NCBI RefSeq assembly: GCF_031769215.1
Contig: NW_026782082.1
Coordinates: 1,550,001-1,614,000 of the forward strand
From: Ylistrum balloti
Taxonomy: Eukaryota
Length of the DNA: 64,000 bases
Reading direction: 5' to 3'
In this document: positions 13,235 through 26,400 of the stretch, in pieces
Position numbering within the stretch: position 1 is the stretch's first letter
Layout of the letters: every line of letters begins with the position of its first letter
Position numbers and translations under genes: made by a program
Notes under the pieces: generated by a model
Seen by the model: the letters and a program-made list of their open reading frames with translations, nothing else
The model's database searches: none
What the model was told of the DNA's origin: nothing

Positions 13235-13411
13235 GCCGCAATGGCGAAGAGAGTATCCCAATGTTGATGCTAAACCATACGTCGGACAGGGAGCTGGACT
13301 CTATGCCCCGCACTCGTCCACTAAACACTGTGGAAAAGTCTCCGCCCCGACTCGTGGAAATAAGTTCCAATCCCGGCACTCCACTAAAAGTTACTGAAAT
13401 TAAGGTTTCTG
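13235..13411 (+). CDS. Shaw: Probable Shaw/Kv3 C-terminal exon (phase 1-1, 177 nt; RNGEESIPMLMLNHTSDRELDSMPRTRPLNTVEKSPPRLVEISSNPGTPLKVTEIKVS)
   Basis: T-rich tract plus ttcag| acceptor and |gtcagt donor; open and phase-compatible with the 1655 donor; locally GC-enriched. No family motif, so the assignment rests on splice signals and phase. Confidence 0.68.
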
Positions 13412-14649
13412 GTCAGTATAACAAGCATTTTCTTCACAAAACAAACGAAAAACGTTAAAGACCTGCCCGTTGTTTGTTTTACAAAATGCCACTGTGTGGC
13501 ACTGGGTGATTCCCTGACGCCACCTGGCGGCAAATGGGGTCACCCAAGGCGAGAGATATTCTCTTCATCACTCTCTTTCTGTTGTACAACGTGTGGGCTT
13601 TTTGCTTTTGTTTGGACACCGTGTTTTGTGATTCGAGTTCCCTCCCTTCAGTAGTTTAACTAGCTTTACTTGTTACTATATTTATGCTGTCCGTGCCTTT
13701 CCGGAACCAACCATTTCTACGAGTCTTTTATTACTATATCTTATCTATGTGACCCTTTATGTTACTTTCGGCTAACCCTCTACGTTTTAGCTTTCGTTTC
13801 AGCTTCATCCATGGTATACCAAAGCGAGCAAGCGAATGATCATTTGGAAGACTTCTTGCAAGGTCGTTAGGAAGCCTTTTTGTACCACCAGAGTTAATTA
13901 TATCCTGAACATGTCACGTGTTTACATCTTCGAATTCTTACGTCATAAACTTTAGTAATATTATTTGACAACGATAAAAAATTTATTGTTTTAGTCTAAA
14001 GCGTTCCTCACTTTCCATTACACACATACACACAAGCTCACACTAATAATATATTTGTAAACAGTCTTTGTAAAATTATCAATGATTTTGCTTAGTCTTC
14101 AATGCTTCTATTTTTTCAAAACATTTAACTGTTTATTTTGCAAACGAAAGAATTTAAGAATACAAAGTCATATTATAGAATAGACACATTCACATTTATT
14201 GTCATTTCTAGAAACTACTTCACACAATAGAATGCACCAACATTAAATTGGGCCCATCATTCGTAGTAGCACTGCCTAACTGCATAAAATGCTTTAAGCT
14301 TCTCTTTGGTACTTGGAGTTGTCTTTTGAATGTATTTCTTCTTCTTTTTTATGCTTCATTATCTCATTTTATACTTTAGTTAAGTCCCCTTTTATTGTAG
14401 TGAATCATAATTGATAATATATCAGTGTTATTTTGATTGGTGGTTTCCTGTTTTTCAATAATGAGCAGGTAATGACTTTTCAGCATTTTTGTATTGAAAG
14501 ATGAACTACATATAAGTTTCGGTAACTTAGACGGGCATAGCGTAAATATAATTTTTAAATATAAGAGGTTATCTTTCATTTTTGTAACTGGAGTTAAGTG
14601 TTATGTAAATATAATTTGTAACTGAATTTCAATTTGACCAGATTGCCTA

Positions 14650-14885
14650 CTGTAAAATCGTTATTTTTTTAAGGGAATTTATTTACGTTTAATCCGTGCC
14701 TACTCAAAGTGGTCGAATTTATGTTAGCACGAAATGATTAAAACACAGATATAAAAGTTAAGATGGGTTATAGTATGTGTGGATTTTGTGAGAAACATTT
14801 ATCCGCGAAATCCAGTTCCAACGAAAATGTACATTTTTGGAAACACCACGAAATTTGTGACCCACGAAAATTTATGATTTTACAG
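14650..14885. mobile_element. Small MITE (236 bp) with TA target-site duplication
   Basis: ta-CTGTAAAATC ... GATTTTACAG-ta terminal inverted repeats; internal cacgaaa/cgcgaaa sub-repeats; no ORF. Confidence 0.7.
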
Positions 14886-16636
14886 TATCCTGAAATTGCT
14901 TTCAAAACTTATTATATATCCATTTCTCGAAAACCTATTTACATTTCCAGGGATAATACTCATTAATCCCGTGCTGTTACTTTACATTAGGATTGGTTCC
15001 ATTGTCTGATCGTCGATTTGGTATCTATGTCTTTTAGGATGGCTGATTCGTTGTGTGTTGAGTGTAGTTGAGCTAGTATACACAATATAGAACTGGCCTT
15101 TTTCAGGGTATTTTTAACCTTGCATGATTTTAACTTTTGTTGGCATTAATGAAACCTTGTGCATTGTGGTATTTTTCCTGCATTTAGTTTATTTCTACTC
15201 GTAATATATATATTATGTACTAATATCTAAAATATAAGACCGGAAGTTTATGCTTATGAACGGTGTCAGGAAGTCACGTGTTGTTTGTTTGATTTGTCAA
15301 TGCATTTTGCTGTAAACATTTCCGTGAACTTGTTTGTACATCCTTTGTACGTGGATGTTTTGGAATCGATGGCTTGGTTAAAGATAATGATTTACTCTTT
15401 TTGTACTTCTCATCCTTATATGAATTTTGAATTTGATACTAGTTTAACAGAACTTGTTTGTTAATATGCATACATTTCTGACACTGTTTATATTTTACTG
15501 GTTTTGTTGTTCAACCACAATGTTTATTTCACAAATCTGTATTTGCTTTAATATCTAGGTTTTATATCTAGTTTATCATTATAACACAATTTACATGTAT
15601 AAAATCCTAAATTTATTTGATTTTAAGAACGAATATTCTGTTAGGCTGGTGTAAGTTGTAACTCATTGTGGTTGAATAACAGCAAAACGGATTATGAGAA
15701 TAATTCGTAGATTTTTGTGGTTAGTGAAGTAAATATTAGAAATATGTTATAAAAGATTCACTCTAACCACTATACAGCAATTTCTGAGATATTTAAAAAC
15801 GTGGAATATGAATTTCAATTAAATGAAATGAAAAAAAATGTGCTATGTTTCAATATTTGGTCTATTTATTCTAAAATTGAATTCATACAGTTTACAAACA
15901 CTTAGATTATCCCAATGTTTGCGTAGAAATAGCTAGTTGTGTATTAAACTCCTTTATCTATCTGTATAAACTGTTCTTTGATACCTAGACTCCTTTATCA
16001 GTGTTCTGGTTTGTTGTGTCTTAGGGAATTTCCATATGAAGCGAACCGAAACGTTTGTATTTTAGATTATGATTAATTTCCGCGAGGAAAGTTTGAGCTA
16101 ACCCGTAATATGTCATAAAGACATAAGGGGTACACATGAATATCTGGTATACAATTTTGAATTTGAAAATGCTTGCTTCATTTGGAAAATCCGGTAATTA
16201 TGGGGTTCTGATTAGGGTGTTTGATTCAAAATAATTTCAATTTCAGTGGATATAGTAACATTGTTATAGCTATATGATTCCTGACCGTAAGTATGATAGT
16301 ACGACAACCGCTCTTGAAGCAGTACAGAAATAAGAACAGGCATACTGGAATAGTATTATCGAAGTGTTAGGAACTTTTATGTCAACATTATATAGCAACC
16401 AATATATACATTTATATTCCTGTATAAAAAACATTGAGCATTTATCGACCTTCCTCACAGTTGGATTTTTGTTCATCTTCGTGATGAAAAACGTTATTAT
16501 CTCCTCCCGTTAAAATACAAATTTGACGTTGATATATATTTTTGCTATATAATGCTACTGTATATATATAAACCTTGCACTGTGCGTCACTTCCTGGTTC
16601 ACACTCAATCTTGATTGGCCCATTTTTCGTTGACAG

Positions 16637-16789
16637 ATGCCGGAGGAGCAACGACTGCTTTGTCCAGTCTTATAATGGCACCAAGTGCTAATCTAAATGC
16701 AAATTCTAATGCTGTAACCAATAGCAACGCTTTACCAAATTCAGTTCCAACGACAATACCCTCAATTTCACCTACTACAGAGAAAAAAA
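16637..16789 (+). CDS. Shaw: Probable Shaw/Kv3 C-terminal exon (phase 1-1, 153 nt; Ala/Ser/Thr/Asn-rich)
   Basis: catttttcgttgacag| acceptor and AA|gtgagt donor; open in the phase required by the upstream exons. Confidence 0.72.
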
Positions 16790-17869
16790 GTGAGTATATC
16801 TTTAACATACGCTAACGTTCAGGTTCGAAAATAAATAAAATATACTTGCATGTATAAAGCAGTCAAGTGAAGAATTCAGGAAATGGTTTTACATAGAAAT
16901 CTCCCTTCCAGAGTTTCCTGAAACAAGACCTGTGATGAGTATCTTTTAAAGAGATAATCCAGTTTAATTGGGAATAGTTTTTACTGCGTTGAAACCATAA
17001 AACTGCTCTCTTTGCTTTTGGATATTATAAGAAACGAAATTCAAAATTGTTAGGGTATCAGAATAAGCCATTTTGATCAACAATAGCTGTGACCTACAGA
17101 AGCCATAGGAAGACTGACCATCACCATTTGGTTCATCCATTGCACCAGGTGTTTATTCTAAATAACTCGCACTTTTCCTGACAATATCTCTGTCATCAGC
17201 ACGGTCTTAATATATTGTAGATATGTCACTGTAGCTTGTAACCATAGACATACTTATTATGCACAGTCAATTCATAAATATACAAGACGTAATTTTCAAC
17301 TGCTCTTGTGAGACTTTAACTATGGAAAATGTAAACTTTGTTCACGACACGTTTGTGCATGACTGCTTTGTCGTCATGGTTTCAATCCGAATACGACTGC
17401 ACGTAGGATGGAACTATATTTGCGCTTCCTCGCGCAATGAGCTGTCCGTTGTCTCAAAGGATTGAGACGTTTCTGAAACCAAATAAGTCAAATGGTGATA
17501 CAAGTATGAGTTGCGATTCATTTGAAATTTGAAGTTTTTTACAGCTGTTTTTCAAGATCTGCTCAAACTTGCACATGACCATTTATTGGCATAATTGTCA
17601 TAATTTATCTTTATGTGAAACACGCAAACCATATTTTGAGTTTCATGAAATGTCTGAGATAGATTTCTAAGTGATAATGTGTTCGAAATAGATAGCCCCA
17701 CCGTTCCTTGTATTTTCTTGACGTCGCCTCCAGCCGTTGTGTTTTCGAGTTGAATCCATCAGCTTTTGCATCTTCAAGGTTGCATTTTTGCCATTTTGTA
17801 TTCGAGATTGTCCCTTTGTTCATTGTGTATTCAAATTAGCCCATTCAGTTATTACGTGTTTGAGATGGC

Positions 17870-18025
17870 CTCTCCAGTCATGTCTGTTCGAGGTGGACCC
17901 TTCAGTTATTTTGTATACTAGATAGCCCTCTCAGTCATTGTGCATCCAAGATGACCCCTTCAGTCATTGTGTGTTCGAAATTGTTCTTTCAGTCATTGTG
18001 TTTTCGAAATGGACCCTACAGTCAT
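17870..18025. repeat. Degenerate tandem repeat of about 29 bp (cagtcattgtg...gaccc) in the last Kv3 intron
   Basis: cagtca(t)tgt recurs at about 29-bp spacing. Confidence 0.7.
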
Positions 18026-18418
18026 TATTTTCATGACTGCCCCTACTCTCATTCTGTCTTGAATGTCAAAATATTTGTAATGCTGTTTCTCATTAAATTT
18101 ATGCTTAGTGTCAAGGCTGTGTAGTACGAAGGAATGAAGGTCATATTTAGTAAATTTGCTGAGAGTATGGTGTGAGATGACCACGAACGTTCTATCGAAA
18201 AAATGTTAAAGGTCGGAGGTTAAATGTTACCTTTTCTGTAATAAACTTGATGAGGGAAAATGTAACGAAAAGTTGCATCATAGGACTGTTACAGATGCTG
18301 GGCACAAAGATCAATGTGGGATCGCTGAAGCCTTTTGCTATTTTTGTTTTGTTTTTTACTTGTTTAGTGCAAAAAAAAATATATAGTATGTTTTATATTA
18401 TCATATGCGTTTTTTCAG

Positions 18419-18576
18419 ACTTACCCAAAAGTATACGAGGAGACGGCGCTGATGTGGGTAAGGCGCCCCCTGGCGGAACGACAGCAAACAATACAAGCAT
18501 TGAACAACGATCAGCCAACCACTCTCCCTCCTCCTCTCCTCCCACCTCAAACAACCTGGTAGCCGTAAACACGTAA
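18419..18576 (+). CDS. Shaw: Probable Shaw/Kv3 terminal coding exon (LPKSIRGDGADVGKAPPGG...NNLVAVNT-stop)
   Basis: tttttcag| acceptor in phase 1; GC-rich and open to TAA at 18574-18576. Confidence 0.78.
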
Positions 18577-19549
18577 CCACTGTGGACCAGCACGAGTAGC
18601 GGCAACTGGGCGGAATACAGCAGTGCGCTTGCGTAAAGGAAGCGATAGTGATAGTATAGACTGTATAGACTAACTATTGCAGTGATTATTCCTACAAGCA
18701 GACAAATAAGGGTTGTATGATACGGAAGAGCACGTGTATGTCTGTAATTAACGCCGATGAACCTTTAGCAGTGCGCATGTCCTTTGGCAGTGTACTTTTT
18801 AGAATGTGGATCAGCACAAAGAGGCATATAAGTCATTATCTGAAAAGCCAGATAGTGAAACGTATCACCAATGTGCATGTAAATGATAAATGATCAGTTT
18901 GATCATTGATAGGATTCGACTGCACGGAAGTGTAAACGTTGAAGTGATATGCGGTAGGGATGCACACTGCAGTAACGATAAATCCACGACTCAGTGTCCT
19001 TGACTGTGAACCAGACAAAAGTGACCCGCGGTGGAATATTTTGAATGTTGTTCGATTGGAATTAAACGAGTATAGAACCGAAACAAATAAAGTCCGTTGT
19101 TCGTGATGGCAGAGTTTCAATGAACAACACAGAGAAAGCAACGAGTCTGGAAACATGTTACTAATGAAAAAGCCTGTACTGGCGACCAGACACTCTGTAG
19201 CTAGCACGTGCTGCTACTGACCGTTTAGTGTGGCCTATGTGATTGGTTGTTTCCTTCTGAGAAATGTATGCTCGGTCTAGCAAACGACAGAATCTACAGG
19301 GTCGTTTTGAACATGGTTATTTCCTTTTTTATGACTAAGTCACTCATTCACAGCTCAGTATAGCAGTGTTGTATAGGTTTGTCACCCGTTATGTCATTAC
19401 GTCATTGAAACTGTACCACAGACATCGTTTTGCCAATATGCATATTTAAATACCATTCACATCTTCAACGGTCTTATCCGAACGACATACCCGTATACTG
19501 AACCGTAAATCCTTCTGTCAAGCACATCCGAATGACATAATGTTACAAC

Positions 19550-19970
19550 GTAAAGTAAGTTTCTGTCAGTCGTTTCCAAATGGCATACCATTATACTACA
19601 TGGTAACTCTTCAGTTAATCGTTTCCGAATGACATACCATTTTACAAAATGGTAATTCTTCAGTCAATCGTTTCCAAATGACATACCATTATACTACATG
19701 GTAACTCCTTCAGTCAATCATTTCCGAATGACATACCATTATACTACATGGTTACTCCTTCAGTCAATCATTTCCGAATGACATACCATTATACTACATG
19801 GTTACTCCTTCAGTCAACCATTTCCGAATGACATACCATTATACTACATGGTAACTCCTTCAGTCAATCATTTCCGAATGATATACAATTATACTACATG
19901 GAAACCTCTTCTGTCAATCATTTCTGAACGGCATACTGTTAAACTGTGGTTATCTCTTACTGTCAATCAT
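19550..19970. repeat. 50-bp tandem repeat, about 8 copies, downstream of the Kv3 stop
   Basis: tttccgaatg at 19721, 19771, 19821 and 19871. Confidence 0.93.
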
Positions 19971-22900
19971 TCCGTTGCTGTGACAACGTCCCCGATATAT
20001 ATATTAACATGATGTAATTTAATGACTACGTCACTGACGTCACTAACCATGTCAACGCCTGGAAAATTAAAAACTCTTCATGGATTGTCCATTATTCTGA
20101 TATTCTTAAACACTATCATCAACAGATTGACACTGAACTAGAAAAATCTTCCTTGCGTGCATCCGGGATCAGTTAGTTTGTTGACAAAACAGGCAAGTCG
20201 TGCCAAATTTCCATGCCGAAGAACGAAATCAGAAACAAAAGAAACGGACAAAATTTACCTGAAACGTTTTTCTCAGTTTTGACGATGGTATGTGGAACCT
20301 TAGTGAATCGTATTAAAAGACAAAATATTAGTATGGCAGACCCAGTATAATAGTCATTCCCATTTAAACCTGACTGTGATGTATTACTACCATTTGAACA
20401 CCAGTGGCGAAATGAATGTCTGAGTCTGTATTAAACACATGTTATTGTTTATAAACGTAGTCGTTCAGAAATATCACTTCAGGTTTCGGAAACATATAGA
20501 GAAAATTACTTATATTATTTTTTTGATTGAGTATAATTCTGGAAATCATTATGGATGATATTATGTTCAAACTCACATGATATATTTATAATACTCAATA
20601 TCTGCTCAGCCCCTTGACTTTTTACATGACGTGGTGTAATTTATGTGTGATTTATTAGATTTAATATTTGACTTTTAGTTTCCTGTTTTCTGAGTTTATG
20701 TTAATTGATGTATTGTAGCATCATTTTTTTGCCCGGGTGTAGCCGAGAGTGGCCGAGTATGGCCGGGTATGGCCCGAGTATGTGTGACCGTCATTTTTAC
20801 CCATACTTCCGCAAGGTAAAAAACCAGTCTCTGCAAAACCGTTTGTTTAAGTATCTGCAAAATGTTGTTAAAATTACTCATTAGGTATGCTTTATTACGT
20901 CGAAAATCTGTATCAAAATTGTTTGGATAAAATTAAGGTAAAGGATTTCAGATTGTCACGGTATTACCAAACACTTACAGCGGAAATCATGAAGTGAACA
21001 ATAATTTTCTCTCTAGATTTTATTTTCGCCATATCTTTCTTATGATATTATAATTTTGCAAATATAGCGAAAATTGTCACCCTGAAATATAACACCATTT
21101 ACAGTATCCGAAACTTATACTTTCATATCATATATTTATGACTTGATATCTGTCTCTTTGCCACATTCTGATAAAACAGGAAAAATATGCCTTATTTAAT
21201 TTCCTTTTCATATTTCTTGAACAGTTAACATTGTATAACATCCAGCGTGAGGATTACCTTCCATTATATACATAAACTTTAGATGTAAACAATCGCATCA
21301 GTGTGTTACATTGAGGGTTTAGTAGTTTAGACTGGGATTGAAAGTGACAACGATGTTTAAAGATTTAATTTCGGAGACCTGAATGACATTATTTTGTATC
21401 TGTTGAACAACGACTGCTTTTAAAAAACTCATTTAATTGTCGAAGTTATCTTTTTCATGGCCAGTATGAGAATTAAAAAAAGTTAAAGCCTTTTCATTTT
21501 CAAAAATATTTTTAGTCAACAATGTGATTAGTTTTCGAATTTCAATATGATCAATAAAATCCAAACAGGAGTAAACCTATATAGATAAATAATGAGATAT
21601 TTTATTCATAAAAATCCATGCAGGATTGAAGTTAATTTTTGAAAACCAGCTTTTTACAAACTCATAGTGTCATTCTATAAATATGATTTTCATATTAATA
21701 ACTTCTTATTTTATCAAAAAACAGTATATATGATTTTTGTTTTAACAGTTAATTTCTCGATGCGCCAATTTTACAAAAGAAAAAAATATCAATACTTTTA
21801 ACTGATTGTTCAAGAAATTTTACGGTATAAAAGTATCAAATTTTCCGTTAGAATAATTCAAAATATATAGACCATTAAGATTGTTACCTGGTGGTTCGTC
21901 TGCAGATCTGTAGGCACTGATATGAAAGGTTATAAACTTATTTCAAAATCATTTCTTTTTACCCAAAAAGATAAGAACATAGAATTTAAGGTTTCGCGCC
22001 AGTTAGCTTCTATTTTTTCACTAGAAACAAGACATGTAGAACTAAATGGGTGTTTGACTTAATTTATCGAAGGTTTACTCTTTTCTGTCAACACTGAAAT
22101 AAAACATATTGTTTGCAAAATTTGAATTTAAAGCGGAGTTTTCCCCATATGTATTATCACTTTCAACGAAATCTAAAGCGAAGGTCAATCTAGATTCATT
22201 TCAAATTTGAGTAACCACCAATTGCTGGCGATATGTTATACGAGTGGGATGAACATTTTGTATGAACGTCGGTGTGAGGTAAGAAACCAAGGGCTTTTAT
22301 TAATATTTCTGATTTCAAAATGAATATGTTTACTGAATGCGGTGTTCAAACGTAGGAATATCCTGTAAAGGTCGTTTTTTCGGATTGTTAAAATTTTTGT
22401 GTCATTGCCATAAAGGTCAAAATGAAAAAAGGAGATATTTTTCATCCGAAATTAAAAAACGGACTTTAGTTTTCACGATATGTGTTATTTTTGTTGCGAT
22501 TTTATTCTTCTCCGAAAACAGAGAAAATAAATCCCATTAAAAATATCCACCTTTTAAGTAACTCCGGAATCTGCCATGAAGAAACTATTCTAAGCGTCAG
22601 GAGGCTTGTGGGAAACACTGCTTTTTGATATTTTCTTTGTAAAGATTGTATAGGGGTGTTTAGTTTATTAGTTGACACGTTAAGCAATACTTGTTTGTTT
22701 AAACCTTGTTACAGCCAGATGATTGGCTACTCTGTGAGTTAGTTATGAAATCTGTTAAGTTTTCAAGTTGATTCCGACTGTTTTGGTTTATAGAGATATA
22801 TGATGGAATCAATTTTAACATGTCAGCTTTACTCGTTGTTAACCAAATACACCTTTTAACAATGAAACACGTGTTAAAAGCATTACTTTGATGTAGCCTT

Positions 22901-23364
22901 TTTACTGAAAGTTATATTTGTGGTGATTTTTGTACATAAAGTTTAAAGCTGATAGTTGAATATATATAACTGAAAATGTGTACCCTATTGATAAAAGAAA
23001 ACTCCCGATACTTTTAAATAGCAAACAAGAGGAAATTTACCAGTTATAAGCCAAATGTAACTATGAAATGTAGACGAACGAATAGATTCATCTACTACTG
23101 TTCGTGTGAAATTCACTTGCTATGTTCTTACAGTTTGTAATACCACATTTCGTTTTATATATTACTAATCTGCCATGCATTAATTATTTGTTATGTTTTA
23201 ACAATTGGAAAACTGGAAACATTGTTATCGGTAAGCTTCTCTGTACACAATCATTTCTGCATTCAGGACTGAATAATGTTGCAAAGGTTGAACAAAAGCC
23301 ACACTATGGAATTTCAATACTAATTCAGAATTAGATATAGTAGAACGAAATTATAAATAAATTT

Positions 23365-23408
23365 GTATCATACAGCTGTTTCGTCCTTCTAGGACTCGTC
23401 AGTGATGC
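23365..23408 (-). ncRNA. Minimal type I hammerhead ribozyme of the Penelope-like element/retrozyme type
   Basis: Minus strand reads GCAUCA-CUGACGA-GUCCU(AGA)AGGAC-GAAA-CAGCUG-UA/UGAUAC. All core nucleotides are present, helix II has 5 bp, helix III is palindromic (CAGCUG), the cleavage triplet is GUA, and helix I pairs 5 of 6. Confidence 0.85.
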
Positions 23409-26400
23409 TGCATTTTGAAACCGCGGAGACGACTAAGGGAAATAAAAATTGAAACGTGGGGTACAAGTTGATTAATATTTCATCTAAATGGAAATAGTTT
23501 ATTAGCATCTAACATTATACAGCCGTGGACATTCATTGAACATTTTCAACGTAGAAAAGATGTTGCATAAAATTCCCCCCTTTGGCATCTTGTGAAAACT
23601 TGTCAACGAAGTTATTCTTTTGATTTTGTGTGTAATTAACCTGTAAGAACACTGTGTAAACGACAGACACCGGCTGAGGATGAGGTTTCTTTTAGTTACT
23701 ATATACCAAAATACACTTACTATATACCAAAATACACGTGTTTGTGTACGCGAAAATGTGACGATTATTCGCTTTTTGATACTATAAGTTAACGATAATA
23801 CTTGATAAACTTTCCTAAGTTATACTCAACCTATAGTGACATTCCAGTTTTGTTTGCAAATGATTCAAATATACAGTTGGAAAAAACATCATTTAAGTAT
23901 GTACATGAAACCTGGCTTTAAGTCAGCTGAAATGTGGATCTGCGCTAGTTTGATCAAATTTGACATTTTTTAATTGAAGTATTGCCGAAGTACTATGACT
24001 GAACTCAAGCACATTAAAAAACCTAGACTAGGAACACAGCTATTATTTATTGGGTCTCTTTGGTAGGAAATAAAAATGTTAGACACTATCTTCAAAGAAT
24101 ATCTGTTTGAAAGACTTGTGACTCGTCCAACATATAAGTCTTAACGTTGGAAAGCCTTATGTTAGGCATTTGTTCATGTTGGAACGTCCTTTGGCACGCT
24201 TTGTTCAGTGTAAATGTGCTTGTAAGAAATTATGTTGAACAATGTTCAAGGTAGGTTGTTAGACAGGCTTATTTGCACATACGACTAATCGAGAAAGGTC
24301 ACAGATTCGAAATGAGAATGGAATGAATATTTCTTAGCAATGAAAATATAAAGATATTCTCTCATACTTATTAATATATGTATTTTGCGCGGAAGTACAA
24401 AAGTTTTGACAAGCAAACCAAACGTATTATATGCGTCATATGAATTGTTGATATTAAACAATACTTAGATTTCAAGCCAGCACATAAACAATATGACGTT
24501 ATAAAACAAATTTAAGAAAGCAGTAGTGGGAATGTTTACTTGAAGTGTTTTAAAAACTTATTTGCCATTTCATTGAAAAATAGCATTTAATCGAATGCAT
24601 TTTTTTTTGTTATCATTGCACAAGTGTAAGAAATTTCACCTCCACTCAACATAGAAATACATCGATATTTTTAATTTTACATATTATATTACACATCCGT
24701 TTTTTGAATTTCTATTCTGAATTTCATGTTTGTAAATAAATTAAATGATCATTCTCGTTGCGGTTGAGTAAGCATGTATTATGTAATATAGAATGGTGGT
24801 AGATGACGTCATATCAGTGACGTCATTGTGACGCAAACCTGTAATGTGATCGATTATGCCGTTACGTCATCCTGTATCAGTAGCACCATATGGTAGTAAT
24901 TCCTTTAAAATAATGGCATACTTTGCAATAAAATTTCAGTTTAGATACATATGAATTTGTATATTTCGTTACTCAAAGGGAACACTTATTTAAGATATTG
25001 ATTTAAGAGCGAATGTATACCCCTGTCCTTATATAGTGGAACCACTTTCACAGATATTTTTTCTGCTATTCTGTGATGGATATTATGTGCACTTTACTTT
25101 GTGTCTGAGACATTTCTAACCACACTAGCAATCGTTAAGTGTAGTTTAACATTTTAATATATATATTAATGAAATTGTGTTTGGCACATTGTGCATAGTT
25201 ATCTTTACATTTTATTATTGGCATACAAGTCCTATTAAGATTATGATGCTACATTCAAATAAATATACCGTTAGATATGTAAAACAATGCACGTGCATGC
25301 ATTGCGCGTGTGGTATTGAAACACACGATATATATGTATTGATGGAGCATTTATCTACCAGAGACACACTTCTCTCATTCCTGTATATATATATACATAG
25401 TATATCAGTATAATACTATCAAGTGTAATATGAGGGGCCTGGTACTAAATACATGGTGAGCAGATAATACAGTAAAAATTAATTTTGTTTTTCACTCTCA
25501 CATATTTATTTACTTCAGAAACTTCACGATAATTAGATTTGAAGTAAGTCTGTGTGCCTCATTCGAATCTGGTACGTCATTTTTAATATCAGGTCCCGGG
25601 ATTTTTTGTGGATATTTCATGAGAGAAAAAAGTGTGAATTGAATTGTCAATGAATTCATTATCAGTACCTTTAATTTTTCGCTTTTAGCAGATTTAGTAG
25701 AGTCGGCTGGTATCAAAGAAACGTATTACAGTTTGTTTACAAATGGACTGGTTTATCAAAATACATATTCCGGATTCTATGTTTCAGTGTGTTTAAATGT
25801 CCGGTTCAGAGGTTATACTGTTTAATGAGAATTAATTTATTAACATGAGATGTTCTTCTATATTTCAATATAATTATGAATATTTATATTGAAACCTATA
25901 CATGTGTCACTGTCCAGATATCTTCGTCCAACATACTTTTTTTATTTTTGTTTAAGTATATTTATTATCCTTAATAAAGACAATACATTTGACCATCTTA
26001 GTAAATAAAATTAAAATTCTTCTTGTGTAAATTAAGTCCTGCTAAGCGTGTCAGCTCACAACGTAACTTTTATTAGACAATCAAGCTTGTTCTTTTTTCG
26101 ATATTGTTTAATTATTTTGTCATGTCTTTGATTATACTGTTAACAAACCATGTTGCGTTACAACTACGAAATAAGCTTAACTTGGTAATTTAGTCAATGG
26201 CCAAATGCTTCTCTTCTTAGATTTAAATTATGTTTTTGTTGATGAAAATCAAACACTAGTATCTTGTAGATTTATTTATAAATGACAAAATATACGTACT
26301 GATTACAGATTTCGCACCTAGTTATTTTCGCGTTACTTCAAATTACTCGTACTGTTTTGAATTCGCGATTAGATGAAGAAGGATACGTAGTTTAAGCCGA

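Noticed and set aside
20560-22690. Stretch with a DNA-transposon-like texture
   Set aside because: No matching terminal inverted repeats, TSD or transposase motif could be identified.
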